From positions 896,001 through 960,000 of the forward strand of contig OZ242372.1 of assembly GCA_965209035.1 (NCBI GenBank): 64,000 nt of DNA, written 5' to 3'. Each line of letters starts with the position of its first letter. The first letter of the stretch is position 1. A model generated the notes under the pieces. The model did no database searches. It was given only the letters and a program-made list of their open reading frames with translations, and was not told the origin of the DNA. Below, piece after piece: positions 42,826 through 54,402 of this stretch. The translations under genes were made by a program, and so were the position numbers. This stretch comes from Gammaproteobacteria bacterium. GTDB taxonomy: Bacteria; Pseudomonadota; Gammaproteobacteria; CBDBNL01; JAAOII01.

Positions 42826-43419
42826 CTAAACCCACCAGGTCTTCGGATTACCCACCGGTCGCTTGCGTAATAACAGAACCACTCCCTTAATAAAACGAAT
42901 CAATGCCCAGATATTAAGCATAGCATAGGGCAACACCGCAAGTCCGAGTCTACCGATTAGGCTTAACCCGTTGCCGCCAAACTCCAAACGCATACCGCGC
43001 ACATGACTGTTGTCCAACAGAAAATGAAACCCTTCATTACCAAATTCCAAGTAAGGCACCCGGGAAGAGCCGTTCAACATAAACCAAAAGTCCGTATCCC
43101 GGATTTCCAGGTAGGGGATAACATCCCCGCCCGCTCTTTCAAATAAGAATTGAAACTGCTCACCCGGAAAACCAAAGAACGGAATGAAAGCGCCGAAAAA
43201 ACCAATGAGAACCCCCCAAACAAAAATAGTAATGAGGATGAAATAAAGAACAAACAACCAAAAACCGCGTATCTGATAAGCAAAGTGTGTCCGCTCCTTC
43301 TCATTCGCATCACCAATAGAAATGTAAGCAAGGATCAACCCGATAACAGCCAACATCCCCCAACTCACCGCCGCCAGAAAGAACAGCCAGTAAATGAGCA
43401 TTGGCAGTTTTGTTTTCAT
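42826..43419 (-). CDS. DUF4870-like membrane protein, paralog with expanded loop
   Basis: LILAY..ERTHFAYQIRGFW..RFIKG..PVGNPKTW; start could be up to 43476. Confidence 0.72.
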   Translation of the reverse strand: MKTKLPMLIYWLFFLAAVSWGMLAVIGLILAYISIGDANEKERTHFAYQIRGFWLFVLYFILITIFVWGVLIGFFGAFIPFFGFPGEQFQFLFERAGGDVIPYLEIRDTDFWFMLNGSSRVPYLEFGNEGFHFLLDNSHVRGMRLEFGGNGLSLIGRLGLAVLPYAMLNIWALIRFIKGVVLLLRKRPVGNPKTWWV

Positions 43420-43652
43420 GGGATCTATTGTAGGGTTTATAGGCGGGGACTCAATTTTTGTTTGTTGTGTATGCACTCACCCGGCGCAGTGCTGTTTGTG
43501 TTTGTGTAAAAAGTCATCGGAACCTGACCTCAAAGTTCTTTGCCAAAGATCCTATTGCATAAGATCTCTCGGGCAGTTTTACATTATTTTTACCGCTTTA
43601 ATTTTATTGTTGAGGGAAGCGGACAGACCTCATAGTCATAGTAGTACCCGCT

Positions 43653-45353
43653 CTAAAAATTACAAAAGAAATCCGTAATTCTTTTAACGATCTTGTTGTG
43701 ACGATCCGCGAGTGTAGCGGGCGACCAAATAGGCTCTTGCTTGGAAAGGTCAAGGACATCCTGCACTTTTGATTTCTTATAATATTTTTCTTGCTTGCGC
43801 CGAAAAAATTCATTACTTGCCGAAATATTAATTTTCCATTCGCAAGGAACCAGGTTGCCGAGACGTTGAATATCCCTGTCATAATCTTCCTTTGTCCAGC
43901 CATCATAATTAATCCAGTCCCGCGGCAAAATATGTTCTATATGTAGCTTACTTCTCTTCCATAACAAGCCTAGATCAAGAATACTACAAAAATCTTCATC
44001 GCTTTGCTTATCGTTGAGTCCCGCTCCTATGAGAATAATTCCTCTCTCATATCTTCTGAGAGGAAATGATTCTATACGTCTTTTGAATTCCTCCAAATCA
44101 TTATCTTTCTCCAAATTATTTTTATATTCTTGTCTATAATCCTTGCCATGCATAATGTTTCTACACACTTTGAATGTCGTGTCTTTGACAGTATTTACTG
44201 AATTGTGATTCACCCCCTTGATATAAAAATATTTTACCGTCCATTGAATCAATTCTTCAAATTTATGAGCAAGTTCGCTACCGACTTCTATCTTAAGATT
44301 GCCATCGCCATCCCATGCGTCGTCGGCATACTTATGCAGAAATACATATAAAGGATATTGCCAATAATCATTAGGATAAAACTGTAATATTTTCCACCAC
44401 TTCTTTATGGTCGGCTGGACTTCCCATGCACCCTGATTAATATGATCCAATTTTTTCAATACGGATGTCGTATTATCATAATTGTTAAAAACTTTTTTCT
44501 TTTTATCAAAATATTTTCTGAGTGCCGTTTCTTTGAGTATGCGTGTATCTGCCGACCGTAACAAATGCATATAAACCCTAAAAAGCCGCAAGTGATCTTT
44601 CAAACCATTCCAAGTTTTAATAAATTTTTGCTTTGACTTTTGTGACGATATGTTTTTATACATTTTTACTTTGAAAATATCCGTGTCATTGAGGGGTGTA
44701 CCTCTATCATTAAGGGTCTCAAATATGGTTAGTGCATCCTCTTGAGAACCACATTCTACCGGAAGAAGGACTACCTTATTCAAGAGTGTTGCTATGAATG
44801 AATGAAGTTTTTGGCTATCCTCATTTTCTTGTCCGTGCCACTCATTAATTTTTTGTTCAAATACCTTATAGTTTTTTGCAAAAGGACTATCTCCTAGTAT
44901 CTCCTCACCATTAGGCAATATAGTTTGTTTCAATGCAGCGTTATCTTCTTCTACAGATTGGGATTCTACACGAGGCTCATCTTTAAGTAGTTTTCCGCTA
45001 ACAGGATCCTTTTTTAGTAAATATTCTTGTAATGTCCCGTAAGTTCTTGCCACTCTGTAAAGAGCTTTGATGAGAAGCGAAAGACTAATAAGCCTTTGTT
45101 GACCATCAATCACCCAAAAAGAATCTTGACTGTCAGAATCTTTACATAGTGTAATCGTTCCAAGAAAATATTCTTCGTTCTTGCTTTGGCTTACCTGATC
45201 CCCTTCAATTTGAGTCCAAAACTCTTCCAGGTCGTCCCACAGTTTTTCACACTGCTCTTCGTCCCAGGTATAGGGTCGCTGATAGTCCGGAATAATATAT
45301 TCATCCGCAAATATCTTCCGAATCTTCTTGGGATGCGCTTCAAGTGCTTTCAT
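43653..45353 (-). CDS. GmrSD-family (DUF262 + DUF1524/HNH) modification-dependent endonuclease
   Basis: IPDYQRPYTW, IDGQQR, IFETLNDRG, HIEHILP, LGNL. Confidence 0.88.
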   Translation of the reverse strand: MKALEAHPKKIRKIFADEYIIPDYQRPYTWDEEQCEKLWDDLEEFWTQIEGDQVSQSKNEEYFLGTITLCKDSDSQDSFWVIDGQQRLISLSLLIKALYRVARTYGTLQEYLLKKDPVSGKLLKDEPRVESQSVEEDNAALKQTILPNGEEILGDSPFAKNYKVFEQKINEWHGQENEDSQKLHSFIATLLNKVVLLPVECGSQEDALTIFETLNDRGTPLNDTDIFKVKMYKNISSQKSKQKFIKTWNGLKDHLRLFRVYMHLLRSADTRILKETALRKYFDKKKKVFNNYDNTTSVLKKLDHINQGAWEVQPTIKKWWKILQFYPNDYWQYPLYVFLHKYADDAWDGDGNLKIEVGSELAHKFEELIQWTVKYFYIKGVNHNSVNTVKDTTFKVCRNIMHGKDYRQEYKNNLEKDNDLEEFKRRIESFPLRRYERGIILIGAGLNDKQSDEDFCSILDLGLLWKRSKLHIEHILPRDWINYDGWTKEDYDRDIQRLGNLVPCEWKINISASNEFFRRKQEKYYKKSKVQDVLDLSKQEPIWSPATLADRHNKIVKRITDFFCNF

Positions 45354-45482
45354 AATGATAATAGTTGTAAGGAGTTGCCCTTTTGAAATAACGAGATCCG
45401 TCCACCTGTTTTCGGATTAGCCTGAATCGCTTTCATAATGATAATAATGATGAAAAAGCGGCAGGAAGGCATTGAGTTACAG

Positions 45483-45704
45483 TTATTTGATATGTCTTGT
45501 TATGTCGTTAGTCGTCAACGGATGCTCCCAAGAAGGAGGCTCATATTGAACTTCCACTTGTTTGGCAGTGAGCAAAGAAAGATAATCATTCATTCTCCTC
45601 GCATCATCGCACCCCTTACTCAGATCTTCTAAAATTTGAAGAACCGTTTTATCTTCTTTACTGATTAAAGTTTGTTTTTTATTATTTTTCATTTTTGTTT
45701 TCAT
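45483..45704 (-). CDS. Small hypothetical protein
   Basis: 73-aa ORF co-oriented within the defence block. Confidence 0.35.
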   Translation of the reverse strand: MKTKMKNNKKQTLISKEDKTVLQILEDLSKGCDDARRMNDYLSLLTAKQVEVQYEPPSWEHPLTTNDITRHIK

Positions 45705-45757
45705 TTTTTGTTCATTGTCTATTAAAGTCTATTAAAAAATCAAGCAGATGTTAGCCT

Positions 45758-48690
45758 CTACCGTATTCCCGGCAAGGGAATGTCTGTAATAGAATCAATC
45801 CAATAATCTCTATAGCCTGCCGCCACTTGCATCCTATCGCCTCCCCAAAAGCGTAAGTAAACTTTAATATCTTCCAGCCCGTGTCCGTGAAAGGTTTTTT
45901 CTTTCCCGGGCATACCAAAGAAAGATTGATACCCATCGGCTTTGCGTTGATAATCGGCATAGGCCATCCCCTTGGGATCTATAAAGCAGATAGAATACTT
46001 GTTGTCTTTTTTTAGCCAAAATATAAAGTCCGGATTAAATTTGGCTATCTTGTTGATGTTGGCATTGTAATAGGGGATATATACGGCGTCCAAAGCCTCG
46101 TCTAACTTGGAAAACATCCACCAGTCGCATTCACTGAAATGATTGATATTCTCTTCCAAGCATTCAATAAACTGTTTTTCACTCGGGACATTAATAATAT
46201 GGGTTAAGTAATCAATCTTGTCTCCCTCGGAAACAAACAAAGGGTGATAATAGTGGTCGGCAAGATATTTTATATTTACCTCGTTATTGTTTATAGAAAA
46301 ACTTCCGGCATCGTGCCACAGGTCCCGTTGCTTATCGTATTCTTGTCTGCCCACACGCTCAAGAAGATCATCTAATTCGGATGATTTTTGAGGATAGTTT
46401 TTTATAACACCAATTTTTTCTTTTAAGGTAGTATAGTCACCGGGATTTCCTCTAAATTGGATTTTCTTAAAATGAATAATTTCTTTATCTAACTTCTTAA
46501 ACTCTTTGAATTCATCAGACTCTAAAGCAAAATAATGCATCATTCTTTCCAAAGATCTTTGGGGGTTATTGAGAACCCTGGCCTCCGCGTGGTCATAATG
46601 ATCTTTCGGTTTGTTTAGTGTTTCATGTATCTTGTATAGAATTCGGGGTTCGCAATCGTATTTCATTAAAGCCACCTTATCCCCGACATCGTTTAGAAAA
46701 TGTTCGGAGGATGTTAAGTCTTGTCGGCTAATTGGATACTTACTCATCTTTTTGGTCTCTATTAATAATTCGGATGACTTCTCATAAACCGGTATCAGTA
46801 GTTTTCTTGTTTCAGATTCTTGATTAAGAATGAACAGATCTCCCAGTGGTTTATATTCCGCTTCGCCCTTCATATGCTCCGTGACGGACTTTAGATTCTG
46901 TGCATTCGTACCAAAAATAAACAGGCTTTCAAGCATGGGAGTATTTTCTTTTAGTTCATCGTAGAGCTCCGTTTTTACCTCTTTACTGTCGTGCAGAGAT
47001 GACAGACGCTTCCTTTTATTTTCCATAGGCTCTATACGCACACCGCGCCCGATAGACTGCAGAACAAATTTTTTGGAATCCTTCCCCTTGCCAATATTAA
47101 CAAAAAGGATAATGTTCGGGCGGTTAGAATCCCAACCCTCATAGAAAGTACGTGATCCCATCAGAATATTTATATCGGATTCTCTGTTATTAAGAGCGCC
47201 AAAAATACTTTCGTCATCATAACGCTCGGTGATTTCTTTATTTTCCAGGATGCTTTTTATCCAACCGGATATATCACCAATTTTAATCAGCGCAAAGGGT
47301 TTTTCAGATGTATGTAGTTTGAATGCTATTTCTTGTTGATTGCCGGGGATCTTAAGCACTTCAAGTTTACCGGGAATGCCGGTATTAAAGACATCCTCTA
47401 AAACATTCTCATATCCTATTTGGGGTAGTTCGGATTCGCTGATTTCAATTTCTTCTTTTCCAAAGAAATATTTGGCATCTCGCATTTCATCTGTCAATTC
47501 TTCCTTTGCCAGTTCAAATAAATTGTCTTTTATTTTGTTGCCCGCTATTTTTTCTATTTCTTTAAAGAACAATGCCAGGTCCGGTTCTTGTTTGGCGTCC
47601 GGTTTTTTGCTCTTGGGATTAACTGAATTGACAAGAGTTAAAAGCATCGGCTTATGATAATAGCCGGCACCTACCGCGCTTACTTTTTTATAGTGACTGC
47701 TAATATAAGTTTGCAAGATAAGTGCTTTTAGGACAACTTTTTGCTTCTCTATATCCGAAAAATCGGTTTCTTCATCAAACCCCTCTATACTATTTTCCGA
47801 CAAATAGATCCGTTTGCCGTAGCCCGCATCTATAAATTTTTCGAGGTTAAAGTTAAAGGCACAGGTAGACCTATCATGGTCTTCGGTGAAGGTAGCCGAA
47901 AAATTAAACAAAAAAGCATTGCGTGAAAGAATAGAATAGAATATTTGTCTTTTACTATCCCCGTTACGCCCTCTATGGGCCTCATCCAAAAAAATAAACC
48001 AGTTACCCCGGTTGTCATAATCTCTAAAATCAATCATGTTTTCTTTGCGTTCATCGGAGATTAAGTCAGAGCGATAATAAAACACCTTTATCTCATCGCC
48101 CGAGAACAGGTTAGAGTTTTCGCGCTTCACCCGGTCATATTCTTTTAAGTTTATTAATTTTATTTTCACGGGGGAGTGTTGATTAAACTCATTCACCAGT
48201 ATCTCAAACTGGCGAATTAAATTTTGGCGATGAGCTAAAAACAGAATATCATGCTCGGGAATCTTCTCTCCGGAAACAAGATTTCCTATTATCTCAATCA
48301 ACTTAATAATCACCAGCGTTTTCCCGGAGCCGGTAGCCATCCAAAAACTCATCCGATTAATAAAATGGGTGAAGGATATTTCGTCGTTATTTATAGGATA
48401 GTCATTGCCATAATCTTCCAAGAGATATTTATTCGCCTTACTTTTTTATATCCTTTAAATGCTATGTTGTCTGTTTGGTACATTTCAAAAAAATTGCTTT
48501 TCTTATTTTCCGCTTCATTGGCATAATACAGCCAAAGAGTTTTAAGGGCATTTTCCAAAGCCCTTTGTTGAAAGTCAAACAGATACTTCTTATCGGAAAA
48601 ATACTTCAACACAACGCCCTCATGCCAATCTTGTGGCAGGTCATTATTAAAGTCGGTTTTCTTTAGGATGTCTTCAAGCGTTTGGGTCAT
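45758..48690 (-). pseudogene. res: Type III restriction enzyme Res subunit 1, frameshifted
   Basis: N-part 48690-48391 and body 48421-45758 (MATGSGKT, DEAH, EGWD, FNPDF..IDPKG) both align to res 2; one extra A in the A6 run rejoins them. Confidence 0.85.
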
Positions 48691-51095
48691 TTTGCCTCCC
48701 ACCAAATGAGAGGTTTGATTCGTTTGTAGTCCAAATCCTTTGTATTAATTTTTGTATCATCGGCAAAGATAACTTCCTCTTTTTTAATTGCCTTAATCCA
48801 CTTACCGGTCAGGTTGGACAGGGTTTCCGCTATGTCTATATTGGGATAGATCGCATTTAAATTCACTTGAACCTTATTATTTTTACAATCAATCTCGAGG
48901 CTACTCAGCATTTTTTCGTCTTTCATAAAGACATATTCCAGATAGGGTGATCTGTCCGAAACAGAAAGTAAATCACCATCTCCGTATTGACACTTAGCCA
49001 ACGCTTCCTCATATTGCTCCAGTTCGTAATACTTGAAAAAGCCCCCGCCCTTGTATGCGGGCATTTCTTCAGAAATACCAGTATTATCGTAAGATAATAC
49101 TTTTTTCATTCTGGGTAAGGCTACCGTGTAAAAATGCTCACCCATCTCTACGCCAAGCCATTTTCTATTCAGTTTATGCGCGACTGCGGTTGTGGTGCCG
49201 GAGCCGAGAAAAAAATCGCATACCATCTCACCGCTTGCAAGAGAAGAGGTTGTGATTGCTCTTTCAATGATTTTTTCATTGTTCTCAGTTGTAAAGCCCC
49301 AGGTTGAAGAGTATCCCACAAAATCTGTCCAATTATCTGTTAATTTTTGATTCTCTGACTCTTCTGTTTGGGGGACTCCGCTATCACTCCGTCTAATTTT
49401 ATTCTCTTTTTCCAGTTCAAAAATGGAATGCTGACTTAATGCCCAGTGCCGCCCATCCGGGGGCAATAGTTCTTTTCCAAGTATTATTCTCGCTCTTGTT
49501 GCCATATTTCCGTTTTTTTCTCTCAGATTATCTTGTGAAAATAGGTTAACATGCTCATCGGGCAATGGTGACCACCGAACTCCCGGCAAGTGCATCCCTC
49601 TCCATTTCGGATTCTCCCTTTTCTTTGTGGATGTGGTAAAAGAAAATAAGTTAGTTTTTGAATAAAAAAGTAAAGAGTCGTGCCCGCTATGATATCTGTT
49701 GATTTCTTCCGTTAACTTTGCTGACTTGCTAACAATGATCTCATTTTGATAATTTAATATCTCATCCATCAAACATCTCACAATCCAATTCCCGTTATAA
49801 TCACAACGAACAAAAATACTGCCCTTTGCATTCAACCATTCTTTGGACAGGTGCAGACGATTTTCCAGCAAAGTAGCCCAGTTGGAATCCTTGTAGTTAG
49901 TGCGATATAAAAACCGATCGCCGGAGTCTAAGTTAAACGGCGGATCAATATAAATGGTTTGCACCTTTTCTCGAAACTTCGGCAATATGGTATTGAGTGC
50001 TTGATAGTTCTCACTCTTTATCAGCCAGCCGTCCAGAGCCTCGTCTAAGTTATCAAATTGAGCCAGAATATCCAACTCCAGATCCTTAAAGTATTTTGTA
50101 TCAATCGGCGCTTTGGGGTTGGCTTCGTCTATATCCAATTCTTTCCATTCCCGGACTTGTTTTTTATAACCCTGATGCTTTTTAATTTTATTTACAAGAT
50201 TTTTCTCCAATCGGTTCATCGTAATAACATAGTTGCTACTTTTGACAAACTTCGGCTTGTTCCATATCCGCACCAACTCATCTTCAAACTGCGATATAAA
50301 ATCAATCATCTTGAAAGCAACTTTTTTGAGGATTTGTAACTGATTGACCCGATCCCCGCTCCATTCGTCGGCCCCTTCCCAGAAATATTGATAACCCCAA
50401 AGTTTAAACTGCTCTTGGAGAAATCCCTTCGCATTCTTGTTTATGAAAAAATCTACCTCGCTTTGTCGCCCAAAAATTCCAAAAGCACGTTCCAACTGAT
50501 CTTGAGTGATCCTTATATCCAATTTTTTTATTGCCTTTACCGTATCATCCGGATCTGTCCTTTTGCCATTTTCCGAGTAAGCGACATCAAACTTTATGAC
50601 CTGATCCCCGGCCTTCTTTAAATTAAAAAGGATGGATTTTCTTTCATTCGCTTTCTTGTTTTCCAGCTGAGAAGCATCAAAGAAAAATTTCAACCCATCA
50701 AACTCTACCTCTTGGCTTGTTAAAATGCTGTCCGTCTTGACATAGTAAAGCATCTGCGTCTTCCAGAACAACATAACATCCTTTTCATTGGTATAGACCT
50801 TTTCATAGATATTGTTATGAAAAGGAGTATCATTAAAATAAATGGAGCCATTCTGTGTGAAATAGCGATGAAAAAAGGAATGAAGTTTGTCAAATAATTC
50901 GTCTCTAAAACGAGGGTGATCCTCCAGGGCTTCCTCGATATCTTGCTCTAACAGATTCTTAATTTTTCTGTAATAGCCCGACTTTATATTCATCAGGTTG
51001 ACAAAGCCGCCCTTACCCTCAACCTTGGCCCCAATAAAGACATCTCTTAAAGCGGAATAAAATTTTTGTTCTTTTGTTTGTTCTTTTGAAGGCAT
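48687..51095 (-). CDS. mod: Type III RM adenine methyltransferase Mod 1
   Basis: SENYQAL, IYIDPPFN, DFFLGSGTT, GGFFKYYELEQYE; ATGA overlap with res 1. Confidence 0.9.
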   Translation of the reverse strand: MPSKEQTKEQKFYSALRDVFIGAKVEGKGGFVNLMNIKSGYYRKIKNLLEQDIEEALEDHPRFRDELFDKLHSFFHRYFTQNGSIYFNDTPFHNNIYEKVYTNEKDVMLFWKTQMLYYVKTDSILTSQEVEFDGLKFFFDASQLENKKANERKSILFNLKKAGDQVIKFDVAYSENGKRTDPDDTVKAIKKLDIRITQDQLERAFGIFGRQSEVDFFINKNAKGFLQEQFKLWGYQYFWEGADEWSGDRVNQLQILKKVAFKMIDFISQFEDELVRIWNKPKFVKSSNYVITMNRLEKNLVNKIKKHQGYKKQVREWKELDIDEANPKAPIDTKYFKDLELDILAQFDNLDEALDGWLIKSENYQALNTILPKFREKVQTIYIDPPFNLDSGDRFLYRTNYKDSNWATLLENRLHLSKEWLNAKGSIFVRCDYNGNWIVRCLMDEILNYQNEIIVSKSAKLTEEINRYHSGHDSLLFYSKTNLFSFTTSTKKRENPKWRGMHLPGVRWSPLPDEHVNLFSQDNLREKNGNMATRARIILGKELLPPDGRHWALSQHSIFELEKENKIRRSDSGVPQTEESENQKLTDNWTDFVGYSSTWGFTTENNEKIIERAITTSSLASGEMVCDFFLGSGTTTAVAHKLNRKWLGVEMGEHFYTVALPRMKKVLSYDNTGISEEMPAYKGGGFFKYYELEQYEEALAKCQYGDGDLLSVSDRSPYLEYVFMKDEKMLSSLEIDCKNNKVQVNLNAIYPNIDIAETLSNLTGKWIKAIKKEEVIFADDTKINTKDLDYKRIKPLIWWEAK

Positions 51096-51469
51096 ACTAT
51101 TGACTATTTTATACAAAAAGAGATACTAAGAAACCCCAACAACCGGCAATACAACCCCCTTTTTGTCCGTGTAAAAATTCTTTTTGTGTCTGCCCCAATC
51201 GGGCGATAACAAATAACGGGAGGGTCCGGTCCGGCACAACATAGCTCATCTCAGATCAAGAGATTAAAAGAGATTTTTTCATCTGCGCGCTAACAATCAG
51301 CCGGAATAATCACTTCCGTTGTTCGGCAGCATTTGTTCCATATGTCCTTTTATAAATTTGAGGAAGACGGATCAAGAAACTGACAAAAGTTTTTTAGCCG
51401 TTTATGCAATTATCTCTCTGCCATTTCATTCATTCGAATAAAAGAGAAAAATTTCTGAGCAAGATCCTG

Positions 51470-54397
51470 CTATAAAGATTGCGTGATTTTGTCCGTAAAG
51501 TGTCTAAATCCGTTTATCCAATATTTACGATAACCCAGGGGGAAACTGTCAGCCTGTTCATTAAAGAAAAACAACGAAACTCGAACCTTGAGACCGTGTT
51601 CCTCAAAAACTCTTTTCTCTTTATTTTGTTTGGTAAACAGAAGATCATATCCGTCCGCTTTATATTCATAATCTGTATGAGCACCTCCTTTGGGGTCAAT
51701 GAAAACTATGTGATAATCATTTTCTTTCTTGAGCCAAAAAATAAAATCGGGATTAAATTTTGCAATTTTGGAACTCTGTTTATTGTAGTAAGGGATATAA
51801 ACGCTGTCCAAACTTTCATCCAGTTTGGAAAACATCCACCAGTCAAAATTTCCGTCCAATAACTCTCCTTCCGCCTCCAGTTTGTTTATGAACTTTACCT
51901 CGCTTTTTACTTTGATGATATGATTGAGATAATCCATCTTCTCTGATTGCGACACCAATAGCGGATGATAATAGTGATTAGGAATGTACTTAATATTAAC
52001 TTTTTTATATTCTCCCGCTTTCTCAAACAATTTTTTTTGTTGATCATAAGCATCTTGATCCCCTTGCTCAAAGATGCCCTTAAGTTCTTCCTTTTTCCGG
52101 GGAGTGGTTTTTATCACTTCTATTTTTTCTTTTAATTTTTGATACTCCTCTTCTGTTCCTCTGAATTTAATTTGTTTGAAATGAACAATTTGGTTATCCA
52201 AACTAATGATTTTATGAAAATCTTCTCCTTCAATTCTTAAATAGTTAAGAATTCTTTTTAGCAATAACTCCGGTTCGCTCAAAGAATCATTAATGATCTT
52301 GAAATATTTTTTCCGTTTGTTTTTCGCCATGACTTTTTTTGCAGATTGCAATTCTTTGGGCTTGAAGCCAAATTTTAGGATTGCCGTTTTTTCCCCGATG
52401 TAATCCAGAAACTCTATTGCCAAATCAATATCTCTTTCACTGATGGGGTGCCTGAAAACCGTGTCTGACTCAGTCGGTGTCTTCCCCAATTTTTTATAAG
52501 AAGGGATAAGCAAGGATCTGCTGCCGGCATCTTGATTAAGATCAATGATTTGCCCGATTTCTCGGTCCGGTTCGGAACGTTCTTTCTTTAATTCGGTTAA
52601 AACACTTCTTAATGCCTCCGCTTTTGTACCAAAAATAAACAAACTCTCCGGAAACGGAGCATGTTTTTTTATCCGCTCATAAATATCCGGTTCTATTTCT
52701 TGGGAATTGAATAACTTAAGCAGCCTCTTTCTCTTATTTTTTAGGGGCTCAATTCTCACCCCGCGCCCGATAGATTGTTGGACAAACTTCCGCGCGGCCG
52801 CATGAACGCCGATATTGATAAACAAAATAATATTCGGGCGATTGGAATCCCAGCCTTCATAAAACGCTCGCGAACCCATTAAGATATTGATTTGAGAATC
52901 GTCTTGGTTAATCTGTTCAAAGATACTTTGATGCTCAAAACTTTCCGTGATTTCATATTCCTCAAGTGTATTATTTAACCATCCGGAGATGTTGCCAATT
53001 TTTATGAGGGCAAATGGTTTGTCGGATGTTTGTAACTTAAATGCCACTTCCTTGTTATTATTTGGAATTTTTAGGACCTCAATATTACCGGGAGTTTCCG
53101 CATGAAATACAGCCTTTAGGACATCCTTGTATTTTATTTCTTCCAAATAATTCTCATCGTCCTCAAGTCGCTCGTTATCAAAAATACTTTCTTGTTGCAG
53201 ATCTGCCGACAGATCTTGCTTGGCTTGGTTGAACAGGTCGGGTGTTATTCGATCAAGTGCCACTTTTTTTATTTCTGAAAAAAATAATGCCAGGTCCGGT
53301 TCATCTCCCAGACTCGACTCATTTACCGAATGAACCAATGTCATCAATAGCGGTTTGTGATACAAATTGTCTCCCTGTTCTTTTATTTTTTCACAGTGTT
53401 TATTAATGTATGTTTGTAAGATAAGCGACTTCAAAATAATTTTTTGTTTCTGTTGCGGCGCGAAATCGTTCTCTGTCCCAAATCCTTCTATAGATTTTTC
53501 CGATAAGTAAATATGCTTTCCATATCCCTCTTGGATAAATTTCTCCAGATTGAAATTAAAAGCGCAAGTTGCCAGATCCAGAGGGTCGGTAAAGGTGGCG
53601 GAGAAGTTAAATAAAAATCCTTGTCTGGCAAGAATGGAATACAGGATCTGGCGTTTACTGTCCCCGCTTTTGCTTCCTTTGTGTGCCTCGTCCAAAAAAA
53701 CAAACCATTTTCCGTGATTATCATAATTTCTAAAATTGACTTGGTTTTTTTTCTGCTCGTCGTCCATTAGATCAGAGCGATAATAAAACACAGTGATCCT
53801 ATTTTTATCCGAAGAAACAGTATGATGTTTTACCTGTTCATACTCTCTTAGATTTTTTAAGTTGATCTTTAAATCATGGTGGTAGCGATTATATTCGTCC
53901 ACATGCTTTTTGAATTGCTCCAACAGATCTGCGCGATGTGCCAAGAACATAATATCGTTTTGCGGTAACTGCTTGTTTTTGATGAGTTCACCTAAAAATT
54001 CTATCAATTTAATAATCACAAGTGTTTTACCGGAGCCTGTTGCCATCCAGAAACTCATCCGGTTGATAAAACAGGAAAAGGGAACTTCCGAATTATCTAC
54101 GGGAAAATCTTTCTCGTGCTCGGCAAGATATCGATAGCCTTTGTTTTTTATGCTAACGCCCAACTTACCCCCAATTCCATTTTCCGTATAAAAATAAGAT
54201 AATTTGTTTTTATCGCCCCGGTTTTTTTCATAGAAAAACCATAAGCCTTTCAGAGCACTGATCAGGGCATCTTGTTGAAAGTCAAAAAGATTTTTATTTT
54301 CTGAAAATTGTTTTAGTTCTTGAAGTTGCCACAAGTCGGATGCCTCATTTTCAAAAGGGACATCTTCCAAAATATCGGACAAAAAAGCATGGGACAT
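51470..54397 (-). CDS. res: Type III restriction enzyme Res subunit 2
   Basis: MATGSGKT, LDEAH, FSATF, EGWD, QSIGRGVR, FNPDF..IDPKG. Confidence 0.9.
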   Translation of the reverse strand: MSHAFLSDILEDVPFENEASDLWQLQELKQFSENKNLFDFQQDALISALKGLWFFYEKNRGDKNKLSYFYTENGIGGKLGVSIKNKGYRYLAEHEKDFPVDNSEVPFSCFINRMSFWMATGSGKTLVIIKLIEFLGELIKNKQLPQNDIMFLAHRADLLEQFKKHVDEYNRYHHDLKINLKNLREYEQVKHHTVSSDKNRITVFYYRSDLMDDEQKKNQVNFRNYDNHGKWFVFLDEAHKGSKSGDSKRQILYSILARQGFLFNFSATFTDPLDLATCAFNFNLEKFIQEGYGKHIYLSEKSIEGFGTENDFAPQQKQKIILKSLILQTYINKHCEKIKEQGDNLYHKPLLMTLVHSVNESSLGDEPDLALFFSEIKKVALDRITPDLFNQAKQDLSADLQQESIFDNERLEDDENYLEEIKYKDVLKAVFHAETPGNIEVLKIPNNNKEVAFKLQTSDKPFALIKIGNISGWLNNTLEEYEITESFEHQSIFEQINQDDSQINILMGSRAFYEGWDSNRPNIILFINIGVHAAARKFVQQSIGRGVRIEPLKNKRKRLLKLFNSQEIEPDIYERIKKHAPFPESLFIFGTKAEALRSVLTELKKERSEPDREIGQIIDLNQDAGSRSLLIPSYKKLGKTPTESDTVFRHPISERDIDLAIEFLDYIGEKTAILKFGFKPKELQSAKKVMAKNKRKKYFKIINDSLSEPELLLKRILNYLRIEGEDFHKIISLDNQIVHFKQIKFRGTEEEYQKLKEKIEVIKTTPRKKEELKGIFEQGDQDAYDQQKKLFEKAGEYKKVNIKYIPNHYYHPLLVSQSEKMDYLNHIIKVKSEVKFINKLEAEGELLDGNFDWWMFSKLDESLDSVYIPYYNKQSSKIAKFNPDFIFWLKKENDYHIVFIDPKGGAHTDYEYKADGYDLLFTKQNKEKRVFEEHGLKVRVSLFFFNEQADSFPLGYRKYWINGFRHFTDKITQSL

Positions 54398-54402
54398 GGT
54401 TT

